Of a stretch of 64,000 bases of DNA, positions 19,684 to 30,273 are shown one piece after another. Origin of the DNA: Polyangiaceae bacterium. GTDB lineage: Bacteria; Myxococcota_A; Polyangia; Polyangiales; Polyangiaceae. The translations under genes were made by a program, and so were the position numbers. The stretch is from assembly GCA_044376115.1 (NCBI GenBank), contig JBILLK010000008.1:64001-128000 (forward strand), given 5' to 3'. The notes beneath the pieces were generated by a model. That model saw only the letters and a program-made list of their open reading frames with translations, was not told the origin of the DNA and ran no database searches. Position 1 is the stretch's first letter. Each line of letters begins with the position of its first letter.

Positions 19684-20532
19684 CTATTCGACCGGCCTGT
19701 CTTGTACAAACTGGACAAGGTTCGGACTGAAGTCCGTCGGAGCGTCAGCTGGGTAGTAGCCCAAGCGCAGCTTCGGCGCAGTTCCAGCATAAGCCTTGAA
19801 CTCGCGAACGAAGTGCGGCTGATCGTAGTAGCCGCATTGCGCCGCGATCTCCGCCAACGTGCATCCCGGATCTTGCTTGAGCAGCTTCAGCGCCCGTTGA
19901 AAGCGTAAGACCCGCGAGTACGTCTTCGGGCTGAAGCCAAGATACGCGCGGAATAGGCGATTGAGTTGCCGCTGGGAGATCGCATTGCGTCGGCACACAG
20001 CGTCGATTGATTGTTCCCCATTCGACGCTTCTATCTCGGCACGTAGCGCCTGAAAGACCTGATAACCGTCCTTCACGCGAAGCCGTTGCGAGAGGAACGC
20101 ATCGAAGATCTCTTTCTGCAGCTGCACGTTCTCTTTCGATCTTTGCAGCGCTTCACACAAGCCGGTTGCGTCGGCCCCAAACACTTCCGATAGCCCGACG
20201 ACGCGATCGTTCCAAAGGTGTACCGGGCGATCGACGAACGGCGCGAGACCGCCGACGTGGAACCTCACACCGCAGCAAACGACCTGACCACGCTGTGCGA
20301 TCCGAATCGGATGCAGACGCTGGGCATCGAGGTTCGAGTGATCGATGGTCAACGATTCACCGTCTAGCCTGCTTCTCTCGTAGGGCGCACCGAAGGTGAA
20401 GATCAAATCGGGCCGCACATCGACGAACACCTCAACAGTGAGATCCATCGGCGCATGCTCGGTGGCGTAAACACACCAATACGACTCGATGTATGGAGCG
20501 AGGGCTTGAGCGGGCAATGCAACTTGATACAT
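19684..20532 (-). CDS. AraC family regulator
   Basis: SQRQLNRLFRAYLGFSPK, LAEIAAQCGYYDQPHFVREFK. Confidence 0.92.
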   Translation of the reverse strand: MYQVALPAQALAPYIESYWCVYATEHAPMDLTVEVFVDVRPDLIFTFGAPYERSRLDGESLTIDHSNLDAQRLHPIRIAQRGQVVCCGVRFHVGGLAPFVDRPVHLWNDRVVGLSEVFGADATGLCEALQRSKENVQLQKEIFDAFLSQRLRVKDGYQVFQALRAEIEASNGEQSIDAVCRRNAISQRQLNRLFRAYLGFSPKTYSRVLRFQRALKLLKQDPGCTLAEIAAQCGYYDQPHFVREFKAYAGTAPKLRLGYYPADAPTDFSPNLVQFVQDRPVE

Positions 20533-20545
20533 GGTTTATTTGCGC

Positions 20546-21475
20546 TCACTTCTTCGCGGGAGCTGCGTTCTCTGCGGCGAGCGCTTTGAAACGTTGCTCC
20601 GGCCCGCCCGGCGTATACAGCTGTAACGCGAAGAAGCGCTCGGCTCCTGCCGCCCCGGCAAAGCGATGGGCGGCATGCAGAACGCCGGCGGCCACCTGTG
20701 CACTGGCCCTCGGCTCGAGCAGCGCACCCTGCTCGAGATCGAGCGCCGTCGAGCCGGGAGCGCGCGCGTGGTACAGCCACTTTGCGCCAGTGAGCCCGAT
20801 CAGGATCTCATCGGAGGTCGCGTGCGTATGCTCGGCTACCTCCAAATCCTGGCTCATCGATAGGACACTAAGCGCCGCATTCGGACCTTCAAACCCGAGT
20901 CGCGCGGAGGCTCGACCACCACCCCACACGAGCTCGGGTACCCGCGCGAAATCCGTCTCTTGAATTGGCGAGCTGGTATCGACGGCCATCTTCGAGTTGA
21001 GCGCCGTCTCGAGCGATGCGAGGTCGGTCGATAGGCCGAAGACCACGCACACAGGGCCGCTTGGCTCAATACGCGCGCCGGCTCCACGCACACGAGCGGC
21101 CTTCCAGGCGGAGAGCTTCACTCGACTCTCACCGCGCGCAACACTGACAGCGCCCTCGAGCACCACGACGTCGAGCTCGCCGGGAAACGCGCGCACCGAC
21201 GTCGGCGCCGTTAGCCGCATGCCCACAAACGCTCCTCGCACCTGCACCGAGCGCGCGTCGATCACTGGGTCGCGATCGCTCGGCCAGCCAGAGCAATCCA
21301 CCGTAGGCAGCGAAGGAGGAGGAGCTACGAGCGCCGCTGTTGGGCCTACCGATGCGGACGCAGACGGCGCACTCACCGAGGCCGACGGGCTCATCGACGC
21401 TCGCGGAGAATCAGGCGGCGGCGGCTCTGTGCAACCAAAGGCAACCGCAACAACAATACTCACACCGGCGCGCAT
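20546..21475 (-). CDS. cupin-domain lipoprotein
   Basis: VAVAFGC lipobox; AEHTHATSDE and HAA cupin motifs; LQLYTPGGPEQRFK. Confidence 0.7.
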   Translation of the reverse strand: MRAGVSIVVAVAFGCTEPPPPDSPRASMSPSASVSAPSASASVGPTAALVAPPPSLPTVDCSGWPSDRDPVIDARSVQVRGAFVGMRLTAPTSVRAFPGELDVVVLEGAVSVARGESRVKLSAWKAARVRGAGARIEPSGPVCVVFGLSTDLASLETALNSKMAVDTSSPIQETDFARVPELVWGGGRASARLGFEGPNAALSVLSMSQDLEVAEHTHATSDEILIGLTGAKWLYHARAPGSTALDLEQGALLEPRASAQVAAGVLHAAHRFAGAAGAERFFALQLYTPGGPEQRFKALAAENAAPAKK

Positions 21476-21519
21476 CGCGGGATGCTCACACCGGCGGCAC
21501 AACTCCGTCAATTGCAGCA

Positions 21520-22827
21520 TCAGCTGGTCTCGCGTTCATCGGCGAGCAGCTGGGCAGCAAGCACATGGCGGCAGGGCCCTTGCGAGCCTCCAGTGCGGGT
21601 ATGCCAGGTGCACGTGCAGGTGCATGGATCGCTTTGCAGATCAACGCGGTGCTCACCTTGGCTACCAGCGACCCACGCAATCTGACGGGAGGGCTCGAAG
21701 CGCACAGAGCCCGGCGTAGCCGCTGTCTCACGCGCGCTCTTGAGCCGTGGAAGCAGCGTCTCGAGCCGATCCGGACGCCATGGAAGCTCGCGGTGAAACC
21801 AGCGCTGTGCCGCCAAATCAAAGCCGAGGTGCCCCTGCGCAGCGAGCGCTCCAATCATCGCTGGGCCGCCCAACGCGTCGCTATCGAGCACCGCCTGCCA
21901 AGCGAGTTGCGCACGCGCCTCCGCAAACCCTTTGGGCGGCGCGGCTGCGCCCAAGAGGCCGTCGCCCTCTGCGGAGAGTCCACGCCACGGATCCGCCGAC
22001 AACAGCAGCGTCAGCCGACAGGTTTCGCTGTCGATCACCCAGGCCGAGGCTTGGTCCAACGGATCGAACCAAACCGAAAGCGAGCGACTATGTTGTAGTG
22101 CCGGACCAAGTGCACGTAGCCGACTCGGCCCGCTCAGCCGAACAGCCCGCGCAGCTGGCTGAGTCGAGAGACGCAGCGAACTACCCGCCGGGACCATCCA
22201 TGTGGGCGCACCAAACGTCGCCGCGCTTGGCAACGCCATCACCATGCGACGAGCTGTCGCAGCCGCGAAGGTACCGGCCGGTTGCAGCCGCGCAGAGAGC
22301 GAGGCAACGCCCAGGAACCCGCGAAGCCACCGCAGCGGCAAACGGATTCGTCGCTCTTCCACCCGCGCAGACGGAGTTTGCAACGTAAGCGCGCTGGGCG
22401 TCACTCGCAGCTGGGCCTCCGGCTCGAACCGCAGGCCTTGCAATGCGCTACGCAGGCCCGCCGAGAAGTCGACGTTGGTTGTGCCGTGACGGGCGCTCTC
22501 AACGGCGAGCCCCTCCGCTAGCAGGTCCACTCTCGCATAGGCGCTGCAACACGCGGAGAAGCCCTCGAAGCGAACGACGCCACCCCCCACGGTGACGACC
22601 GGATCGGACTCCATCAGAATGCGTCGCAGCATCGCGGCTGGAACGTGATGACGCGCGTTCACCACCTCACCAAGAGCGAGGAGCAAGGGAGAGAAGCGCG
22701 CAGGATCGATCAGTCTCCCAAGGAACGTCGGGCTCTCGGCGCCGCCCGCTTCCGTTACGAGTGTCAGCCCAGAGCCCGCCGCATAGGAACCGCCGTGATA
22801 CTGAGCGCAGTAGTCGAGTGCGTTCAT
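21520..22827 (-). CDS. SWIM zinc finger protein
   Basis: DPVVT...RFEGFSACCSAYARVDL, GTTNVDF, LPLRWLRGF; C-terminal CTCTW...GPCRH. Confidence 0.85.
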   Translation of the reverse strand: MNALDYCAQYHGGSYAAGSGLTLVTEAGGAESPTFLGRLIDPARFSPLLLALGEVVNARHHVPAAMLRRILMESDPVVTVGGGVVRFEGFSACCSAYARVDLLAEGLAVESARHGTTNVDFSAGLRSALQGLRFEPEAQLRVTPSALTLQTPSARVEERRIRLPLRWLRGFLGVASLSARLQPAGTFAAATARRMVMALPSAATFGAPTWMVPAGSSLRLSTQPAARAVRLSGPSRLRALGPALQHSRSLSVWFDPLDQASAWVIDSETCRLTLLLSADPWRGLSAEGDGLLGAAAPPKGFAEARAQLAWQAVLDSDALGGPAMIGALAAQGHLGFDLAAQRWFHRELPWRPDRLETLLPRLKSARETAATPGSVRFEPSRQIAWVAGSQGEHRVDLQSDPCTCTCTWHTRTGGSQGPCRHVLAAQLLADERETS

Positions 22828-25430
22828 CGCGAAAGAATAGCCCGCGCGAGAGTGCCTGCTTTACCGCCCTTAAAGCCTTTCAACGCTTGCACCGTCGCAG
22901 GCGGAAGCGAAGCTGGGTGGTCGATCAGTAACGGGTCGAGCTGCGCGAGCACCTTTACCGCATCGCGCACGCCGTCGATTAGCGGCAGCGCATAAAGCCA
23001 TAGCTCCACCACCGCCGGCGCGAACCCTGCGCGCGCGAGCTCCGCGAGGCAGGTCACGGCTCGCCCCAACGGATAGAAGTCGTCGCGCGCAAGTAACGCA
23101 AGACCATCGGCTAGCTGCTTCGGTTGTAGACGGCCATCGGAAGCTGCAGCCATCGCTAGGTCCACGCCGGCGAGCCGTACCACTGAATGCGGAGACACTA
23201 GCGCTGCAGCCAATAGCTCGTGACCGATCGGGCCGAGCGGAACCGCGCTATCGATCAGCACCGTGACGACGTCTGGATTGCGCGTATCGGTCTCGGTCGA
23301 GCCTACCGCCTGCACGAGTTCATGCAATGACCGCGCATCCACGGCCGCGGTCCAGCTCGGAGAAACCGCTCGATCGTGAGCGATCGCCCCGACTACCTTG
23401 GCGCTTTGATCAGAGGCCGCCAAGTAGCTCCGAACCGCCGAATAAGAAGCTGAAAGCCCAGGCTCTGCGGGCTGCCACCAAACGGAGCCAATCAGGTTGC
23501 AACCATCCACCTCGAGTAGCTTGCTAACGCTGCCGGCCTCCCACGCGTGCAGCGAGCGTCGTCGCTCACCAACCAAGGTCCGCCAGGGCTGATCCCGCAG
23601 CTCGGGATAGTGCTCCTCGAGCGTACGATCGGGGTCATCCGGATTTCGCGCATGGGCCGCCGCGCCCCATAGCTCGACCGACAATCCCGTCGGCGGTACG
23701 CCACCAAGGACGTAGCGCCAAGCGTCCGTCAGCGGTTCACCATCCGCCGCCGGAAGCGGAACCGGTGGCCCCGAGAGACGCTGCCACGCCAGTGCGACGT
23801 CCGCCGGCAGCACCTTGCCCCGCCGCTGCTCCCAACGCTGTACGGCGACGCGCCGATCGAGGTGGCCGCCGCGATGGGTAGGCAGCGAGCACCAAAACAC
23901 CTGCTCCCCCGCTAATAGGCTATCCACGAGTTCGAGCGCTCGACTGCGATAAAGTCGGTGACTCGACCATCCAGCGACCTCCGATGGATCCTCCGGCGGA
24001 GCGATTCCCAGCGCCCAGGCCTGCGCAACCACCGCCAAAAGTGCCCCCGGATCCCAAGGCCGATCCAGCCGTTTTGCCCAGGTCCGCGCCAGCGGCTTGC
24101 AATGCGCGGCCACCGCCGAATCGGGCCGCGGCCGCCGCGCAAGTTCGGCCAGCAGCAGCTCACCGTGATTGACGTCCTCCGCTGATTCGACCCAAGCAGC
24201 GATCGCGGTGAGCAAGGCGTGGTCGTCCAGCTCGAGCCTGGTCGCGATGGCACGTTCTGGCGCTAGTGGATTGAGCGGTGCTGGCATCGGCCGAGCAGCC
24301 GGCGGGGCTAACGCGCTATCGTCGCGTTCGAGGCTCCCTACCACGGTGACGAGCTGCTTCCGAACCCGCGGACTCAATGCCTCCCAGTGCGGCGCAATCA
24401 GCACCCGCAAACGCTCAGCGCTCACAATGCGTACTAGCTGCTGTGCGCCGGCCGCCTGCACGCCAGCATCGGGGTGCACCAGCGCGCTGACCAAGACCGC
24501 CGCAACGTCCTCCTTGGGCTCAGCCGCTTGCCGAACCGCAAGCCAAGCCACCGCCGCCTTGGCCGTCGCCGCCGACCGCACCATTAGCGCACCTTCCAAC
24601 GCGCTCGCCGGAACCCGAGCCGCTTCGAGCGCGCCGCGTAAATGGCCAAGCGCCCACCCCACCGTCGCGCCCGCCGCGCTAGCGAGCAGCCGTTGCAATG
24701 ACTCCGTACGCGCCAGACACTCGTCGGAAGTCGGCGAAAGACTATCGAATAGGCCGGTAAAAAAGGGCTGCCGACCAGGCGCAAAACCTTGAAGCAGCGC
24801 CGAAAGACAAAGGTCCAAAAGCTCCGCCCGCGCGAGCTTGCCCTGCTCCACCCAGCCCCGGAACTGATCGGCCCACTGCGAGCCCGTGAAAGAAGAAAGT
24901 GAAAACTCGCCTTCTCCTTCGTGGGCAAAAAGTAGCGGCAGATCCCGCAAAAGCACCGGCTCCCAGCGCTCGAGCAGCTCGCTCGACTTCCCTCCCCTGT
25001 TCCAAACACCCATCATGCCCATGGCCCAAAGCCGATCGTTTGGGCGCGGCGCGAGCCCCGCCTCCACCAACGCCGCTGCGCGCTTCCAAAATCGAGGAAG
25101 GATGGTGGCGACAAAGCTAGCGAGGCCGGGCGGCTGCAAACGTGAGCTGATCGTTACCAAGGTATCGGGGGCCGGCCCGTATGCGGGCCGCGAGGCCGCC
25201 GCAGTGGCGTCTGCAGCAAACAATGCTAGCCAGGCGCAGCTCGCTTGAGAGACGCCGCGCGCGCGCAACGTATTGTCGGTCGGTACGACCGCCGACCACT
25301 CTTTGAACAGCGCACGCGCTGGCTTGAGGAGCGCCCGACGTGACTCCGCAGACAGACTCTCCAGCCACGCCAGCAGCGCCTCTTGGTTCGCAGCTTCAAC
25401 CAGCGACCGCAGATCGGTCTCAGCGCTCAT
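22824..25430 (-). CDS. large helical-repeat protein (DUF6493-like), partner of the SWIM protein
   Basis: 868 aa, 4-bp overlap with the SWIM gene, SLPTHRGGHLD motif. Confidence 0.65.
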   Translation of the reverse strand: MSAETDLRSLVEAANQEALLAWLESLSAESRRALLKPARALFKEWSAVVPTDNTLRARGVSQASCAWLALFAADATAAASRPAYGPAPDTLVTISSRLQPPGLASFVATILPRFWKRAAALVEAGLAPRPNDRLWAMGMMGVWNRGGKSSELLERWEPVLLRDLPLLFAHEGEGEFSLSSFTGSQWADQFRGWVEQGKLARAELLDLCLSALLQGFAPGRQPFFTGLFDSLSPTSDECLARTESLQRLLASAAGATVGWALGHLRGALEAARVPASALEGALMVRSAATAKAAVAWLAVRQAAEPKEDVAAVLVSALVHPDAGVQAAGAQQLVRIVSAERLRVLIAPHWEALSPRVRKQLVTVVGSLERDDSALAPPAARPMPAPLNPLAPERAIATRLELDDHALLTAIAAWVESAEDVNHGELLLAELARRPRPDSAVAAHCKPLARTWAKRLDRPWDPGALLAVVAQAWALGIAPPEDPSEVAGWSSHRLYRSRALELVDSLLAGEQVFWCSLPTHRGGHLDRRVAVQRWEQRRGKVLPADVALAWQRLSGPPVPLPAADGEPLTDAWRYVLGGVPPTGLSVELWGAAAHARNPDDPDRTLEEHYPELRDQPWRTLVGERRRSLHAWEAGSVSKLLEVDGCNLIGSVWWQPAEPGLSASYSAVRSYLAASDQSAKVVGAIAHDRAVSPSWTAAVDARSLHELVQAVGSTETDTRNPDVVTVLIDSAVPLGPIGHELLAAALVSPHSVVRLAGVDLAMAAASDGRLQPKQLADGLALLARDDFYPLGRAVTCLAELARAGFAPAVVELWLYALPLIDGVRDAVKVLAQLDPLLIDHPASLPPATVQALKGFKGGKAGTLARAILSR

Positions 25431-25471
25431 GGGCGCAGTCGAACACGCTCGCGACCGTTATGCCGAGTAAA

Positions 25472-26698
25472 TTAGCCGCTCCCCAGAAGTTCGAGCCGTT
25501 GCGCAAAGTCGGCCAGCAGCTGCGTTCGCCCGAAGCGACCTCGGGCGAGGACTCGACTCTGTTCACGCCAAGCCTCGAGCTCGGCAACGGAGAGCGCACG
25601 CACCTCGTCCACCACCCGCAGGAACCCCTGCACATCACCGTGCTCTACATGGTAGCCGTGCCGGCACTCGGCCGTAAGCTCGCCGAGGTGGCTGTCCCGC
25701 GGACCAACGAACAGAAACGGCACGCCCGCCTCAAGAATCGAATAGATCTTGCTCGAATGAGCGAGGCCGACGGCTTCATTACCCATAATAATCAATTGTA
25801 GGTTCGCGAGGCCCAACGACGCGCCGAGCTTCTCCCGTGGTTGATGGGGCAGTTGATGTACGTTGCTGAGGTTCTCTCGCCGCACGACCTCCACCACGTC
25901 TCGCGCTCGCGTCCCCTCCCCGATAAAGGCGAAGGCCACGCCTGGGTCGTGTTTGAGTGCCACCGAAGCCGCTAACACGGTATCGAGCGGATGTATGTGG
26001 CTCAGATTCCCTGAGTGGGCAATGACGAAGGCGTGCGCAAGACCGAGTTGCTGACGAAGCTTGCTCGCGTCTTGCGAAGCTGACCCAGCGTCCTCCGTTT
26101 GATGCGCAGGCCAGAGTGGAACCACCGCCACGCGTTCAGGAGGTATCTTCGCTTGTTGCAGGGTGCGCTCACGCATCCAGCGGTCCATCACCACCACCAG
26201 CGCGCTCTCACCGAGCGTAAACGCATGGAGCTTGCGCAAGAGCCTCGCCGACTTCGCATTCGGCGCGAGATGCCCCAAGGCGACGGCCATCTCGTGGTTG
26301 ACGTTCATGAGCCAGTGAACGAACGGGACACCCCAATGACGTGCGGCGAGCGCACCTTGCAGGCCCACGAGCGGTGGAGACGTAAAGGCCAAGACCAGGT
26401 CGGGCCGCGGCAAGCTCGTCAATGTGTATGCGTGCATCAGCTCGTACGAAACCGTGTCCAAGAGTCGCCCCGCCAACCCCTGCTTGCCGAACCCGGTCGA
26501 CGCCACGCGCACGATGCGAATGTCTTCCAGACGATCCACCTTGGGGTATCGCTTCATCCGGTCGGTGTAGTCGCGGCAGCCGGCTAAGGCGGTCACCTCG
26601 TGTCCGCGCTTGGCGAGAAACGTTGCTATATCGGTGGCGTACTGCGATGTAGCCACGCTATCAGGCCAGAAGGCTTGGTTGAGTATCAGGACTTTCAA
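25472..26698 (-). CDS. glycosyltransferase family 4
   Basis: MKVLILNQAFWPD, TSPP, HSGNL, SKIYSILEAGVP. Confidence 0.88.
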   Translation of the reverse strand: MKVLILNQAFWPDSVATSQYATDIATFLAKRGHEVTALAGCRDYTDRMKRYPKVDRLEDIRIVRVASTGFGKQGLAGRLLDTVSYELMHAYTLTSLPRPDLVLAFTSPPLVGLQGALAARHWGVPFVHWLMNVNHEMAVALGHLAPNAKSARLLRKLHAFTLGESALVVVMDRWMRERTLQQAKIPPERVAVVPLWPAHQTEDAGSASQDASKLRQQLGLAHAFVIAHSGNLSHIHPLDTVLAASVALKHDPGVAFAFIGEGTRARDVVEVVRRENLSNVHQLPHQPREKLGASLGLANLQLIIMGNEAVGLAHSSKIYSILEAGVPFLFVGPRDSHLGELTAECRHGYHVEHGDVQGFLRVVDEVRALSVAELEAWREQSRVLARGRFGRTQLLADFAQRLELLGSG

Positions 26699-27465
26699 TG
26701 AACGCTCTCCTCTTGCGTTGAGGGTTGGCCCTTACCGAGAACTGCCTTTACTGGCTCGCCGAGCCCGGGCGGAGCCATCGGCCTGAACGGTTGCTCTCTT
26801 CGCGTCATGCTCACCAGGTCCTCCGTGGCACCGAGGGCGCGAAGACGGCAGGCCAAGAGCGAAAGGGCAAGCGGGCGTGAAACCAATACCAGCGCAGTCA
26901 ACCCCAATAACTGCATATCGAACCAGAGCGTCCGGTGTTCGATATAGAACAGGCAATAACGACTTTTCCAGGGGCGAACCAACTGGTGATAGCCAAGATC
27001 GGGATCGGGCTCATTGCGCAGGATCTCTTGCTCATCCGAGAAGACGATCGACGATATATCTGTGATACCCGGCGGCACCGAGAGGATACGCCGTTCCACG
27101 TCGGAGTACATGAGGCACTCGCGCGAGCAGTTGGGCCGTGGCCCCACGAAGCTCATTTCACCCACCAGGACGTTCAGAACTTGGGGCAACTCATCCAGCT
27201 TGGTGCGCCGAAGGCGGTGGCCCAGCGGCGTGATCCGCGGGTCGCCGGCGGGCGTTGCGTCGACCCCCGCTTTATCTGCATTGGGAGTCATCGTCCTAAG
27301 CTTCAACTGCCGAAATGGGCGCATATCCTTGCCCACCCGAGGGCCCGCGTAGAGCGGCGACTTCCGATCGAAGAGCCAGATCAAGCACGAGAGCGGCAAC
27401 AGCAAGACCAGTATCGGCGGAAGCAGAACCAAGGCTAGCGCTATATCAAATAGACGTTTGGTCAT
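26695..27465 (-). CDS. polyprenyl-phosphate sugar transferase
   Basis: KRLFD, KLRTM, DPRIT, KLDELPQVLNVLVGEMSFVGPRP, PGIT. Confidence 0.92.
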   Translation of the reverse strand: MTKRLFDIALALVLLPPILVLLLPLSCLIWLFDRKSPLYAGPRVGKDMRPFRQLKLRTMTPNADKAGVDATPAGDPRITPLGHRLRRTKLDELPQVLNVLVGEMSFVGPRPNCSRECLMYSDVERRILSVPPGITDISSIVFSDEQEILRNEPDPDLGYHQLVRPWKSRYCLFYIEHRTLWFDMQLLGLTALVLVSRPLALSLLACRLRALGATEDLVSMTRREQPFRPMAPPGLGEPVKAVLGKGQPSTQEESVH

Positions 27466-28426
27466 TGCCGGCTCCTTGGGTCCGGGCGCTACGCTGCGCA
27501 CTCGCTAGCAGCCGCACCACGTCGAGCGCGCTCTGTCCGCTCGAGAGCGGCACCTGTCGATCCCGGACTCGGCGAAGAAAGTGTCTGAGTTCAATGGCCA
27601 GCGGCTCACTGCAGCTGGAGAAGAGGAGTCGGCCTTGGGCAGGCTCTACCGAGCCTAGCGCATGGAAGCGGACGCACCCGTTGAGTTCGTCGAGGGTGAG
27701 CATGCCCCCATCGCCGATCAGTGTCATCCGCCGCTCCTTTTCTGGCCAATGAGACGAGACGTGGTGGTGCGCGCGCACTCCATTGCTGAACACGAGGTGC
27801 AGATGCACATCGTCATCGATGCCCGGGTCCACGTGCGCACTCGTCTCCGCCCGAAGCTCGATCACGTCCGCGTCCACGAGGTGCAAGGTGACCGCGAGGT
27901 TGTGGACCGCAAGGTCCCAAAGTGCTCCTTCTGGCCTGTTGCTGCCTGGCCCCAAGCGACGGTGATGAAGCCCTTGGAGTCGGCCGAGCCCACCACGCTT
28001 TAGGAAGCGCTTGGCCCAACCGATGATGGGCTGGAATAGTAGAATATGACCGACCATGAGGATGGCTTGGCGCTGCGCGGCGATCGCCACGAGCTGTTCT
28101 GCCTCGTCCATCGATAGTGCCATCGGCTTCTCGAGAAATACGTCTACACCGTGCTCCAGACAGCGCCGACCGAGCTGATAATGAGTATGCGCCGGTGTCG
28201 CGATCAGCACCGCGTCGACACCATGCGCCAGCAGCGCCTCAAGGTTCGGATATACCAATAGCTCCGGGTGGTCCTTCTCGAGTTTGGCGCGCCGCACGGG
28301 GTCGATCTCGACCAATCCACGCACGGCTCGTAGTTGCTTCAATACACGGAGGTGTTGTTGCCCCCATGCGCCGACTCCCACGAGTCCGACGGTCGGAGCG
28401 CGGGAATTCGCATCCCTGTGCGACAT
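27446..28426 (-). CDS. Gfo/Idh/MocA oxidoreductase
   Basis: VGLVGVGAWG, IATPAHTH, VFLEKPM, LWDLAVH. Confidence 0.9.
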   Translation of the reverse strand: MSHRDANSRAPTVGLVGVGAWGQQHLRVLKQLRAVRGLVEIDPVRRAKLEKDHPELLVYPNLEALLAHGVDAVLIATPAHTHYQLGRRCLEHGVDVFLEKPMALSMDEAEQLVAIAAQRQAILMVGHILLFQPIIGWAKRFLKRGGLGRLQGLHHRRLGPGSNRPEGALWDLAVHNLAVTLHLVDADVIELRAETSAHVDPGIDDDVHLHLVFSNGVRAHHHVSSHWPEKERRMTLIGDGGMLTLDELNGCVRFHALGSVEPAQGRLLFSSCSEPLAIELRHFLRRVRDRQVPLSSGQSALDVVRLLASAQRSARTQGAGNDQTSI

Positions 28427-28641
28427 AGCTACCTGCTAACGCAATGATGAATAGGCGGTTCGCCCGCCAAGCGGTTACCGGCCAATCCCCACCCCCTAGC
28501 GCGTTGATCACAAATCTGTGCGCTCGCGCACAAATGAGGCCACACGCACTTCTAGCCTAGTTCGTGTGAATATTCGGAACGGGCGCGCAACGAAGCTAGG
28601 TCTGCTGCTCCATCAAACGGGGTCGCGGAAGGAAGCCGCCC

Positions 28642-29508
28642 CTAGTCGAACTTGGTCCAATGAATGTCGACTGTGCCGGTCTCCGTGCACGGGATCCAGC
28701 AGGCGTTCGGCTGTGGGGTGAGCAGCGTCTCTTGGTAGAAGTATTGGACGGTCCCGGAAGGGATCGAGCCGTCGATGAAGTGATCCACGCGCCAGAAGCA
28801 GCCGTCGAACTCGGCGATGAACTCGACAAAGCCGGTGAGGGAGACAACGCCGTTCGGCGTAACACTGCCCGACAGGAATATCTGCATGCCTCCGGTGGAG
28901 TTCAACGTCGCCGTGACCGGCCCACCATCACACGGGTAGTTGATGACGCCTTCGGCGCCCTTCTCGATCGGCAGGTCCTGACAACCCGGGTCGGACGGAA
29001 CCGAGCCAGTCACCTCGAGCGTCGGCGAGCAGTCCCCAACATCGCAATCCGAGTCCACCTCGCCATTGCAATTGTCGTCGATACCGTTGCAGCTCTCGAG
29101 GATATCCGGCCCCTTCGAGCAGCCGGCGCACGAACGCACATCGTCAAAGCACTCGTCGTTGTCCGGTCCGTCACAGGCTTCCCCGATACCGAAGCCATTG
29201 TCGATGACCCCATCGCAATCGTCGTCCTTGTCGTTGCACAGCTCCTCGACCGGTCCGACTTCACCGATGCACGGGCCAAAGGAGCCGTCGGCTAGGCAGG
29301 TCGCGAGCCCCAGCGAGCATTCGCCTACGTCGCTACCACAAGGCTGCTCCTTACCGATGCAAAGCTCGGGAGGGCTGCCGCCTCCCCCAAGGCCACCGCC
29401 ACCGAGTTCACCGCCAGCCCCGCCGCCGGCTTGCTCGAAGTCGGGCAGCCCGGTACGGGCGCCGCAAGCCACCCCAAGGCAAAGGAGTACCGAGCAAACG
29501 AAGCGCAT
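28642..29508 (-). CDS. Cys/Asp-rich myxobacterial lipoprotein with putative metal-binding repeats
   Basis: LGVACG lipobox; ELCNDKDDDCDGVID and ESCNGIDDNCNGEVD repeats. Confidence 0.8.
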   Translation of the reverse strand: MRFVCSVLLCLGVACGARTGLPDFEQAGGGAGGELGGGGLGGGGSPPELCIGKEQPCGSDVGECSLGLATCLADGSFGPCIGEVGPVEELCNDKDDDCDGVIDNGFGIGEACDGPDNDECFDDVRSCAGCSKGPDILESCNGIDDNCNGEVDSDCDVGDCSPTLEVTGSVPSDPGCQDLPIEKGAEGVINYPCDGGPVTATLNSTGGMQIFLSGSVTPNGVVSLTGFVEFIAEFDGCFWRVDHFIDGSIPSGTVQYFYQETLLTPQPNACWIPCTETGTVDIHWTKFD

Positions 29509-29567
29509 GGCCAGCACCGTCGGACAACGGGGGGCTCAGCGCAAATCCAATGGGATCCAAGCGACGC

Positions 29568-30227
29568 CTAGGCCAAGAGCTCACAGCTCGGCAGGCGGAG
29601 CGTCTGACCGCTAGAACCGGCGCGCCATAACCCTATATCGACGGCGTATTGCCCATCTGCGGCGACCGCAAGTTCGGCCCCCATACCTGCCGCAAGTTGC
29701 TGGAGCGCTGAACTCGCCTGAACCTGCGATGGAAGCCAGATCGTCTGCACCGTCAAGCGCTCATAGCCGCTTACCGATTGCAACGCCCCCCGCCGCCCCT
29801 CCGGCCATTCACGCGGCGCACTCGCGCCCGGGAAGGTGAACATCATTGGCTGCTCCAGCGCATCACTGTCCCTTGCGACCTCAATCGCGAGGTCCGCAGG
29901 CAGGTAAGGCGGCTTGTAAGGCCACGTGCTCGGCCCCGCCCCCTCCCCGCTCGTTGGGCGCCAAGCGAAGCCAAACGGGTTCGCCCCGTTTACCCGCCAA
30001 TGCGCGCGTTCCGCTAATTGCATGGGCGCGATCAACGGCGAACGCGCCTCTGCCTCATCCGTCAACCAAAGCACCTCGAGATAGGCGTTCTCAAAGCAGT
30101 AACAGACATTCGCCGTGCCCTGACCAACGTGCGTCCGGCGGTACGTCGGCGTGAGCCCAAGCCCCTCCAGCTTGGCGACCTCGGGAGCCTCCAGGCTGGT
30201 CATAAAGAAGAGATGGTCTAGCTCCAT
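29568..30227 (-). CDS. VOC/glyoxalase-like protein
   Basis: MELDHLFF...THVGQGTANVCYCFENAYLEVLW. Confidence 0.8.
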   Translation of the reverse strand: MELDHLFFMTSLEAPEVAKLEGLGLTPTYRRTHVGQGTANVCYCFENAYLEVLWLTDEAEARSPLIAPMQLAERAHWRVNGANPFGFAWRPTSGEGAGPSTWPYKPPYLPADLAIEVARDSDALEQPMMFTFPGASAPREWPEGRRGALQSVSGYERLTVQTIWLPSQVQASSALQQLAAGMGAELAVAADGQYAVDIGLWRAGSSGQTLRLPSCELLA

Positions 30228-30273
30228 AAAGGTCCTCGAGGCGCAGCCTTACAACACTTGGTTCGCCAGAGCA

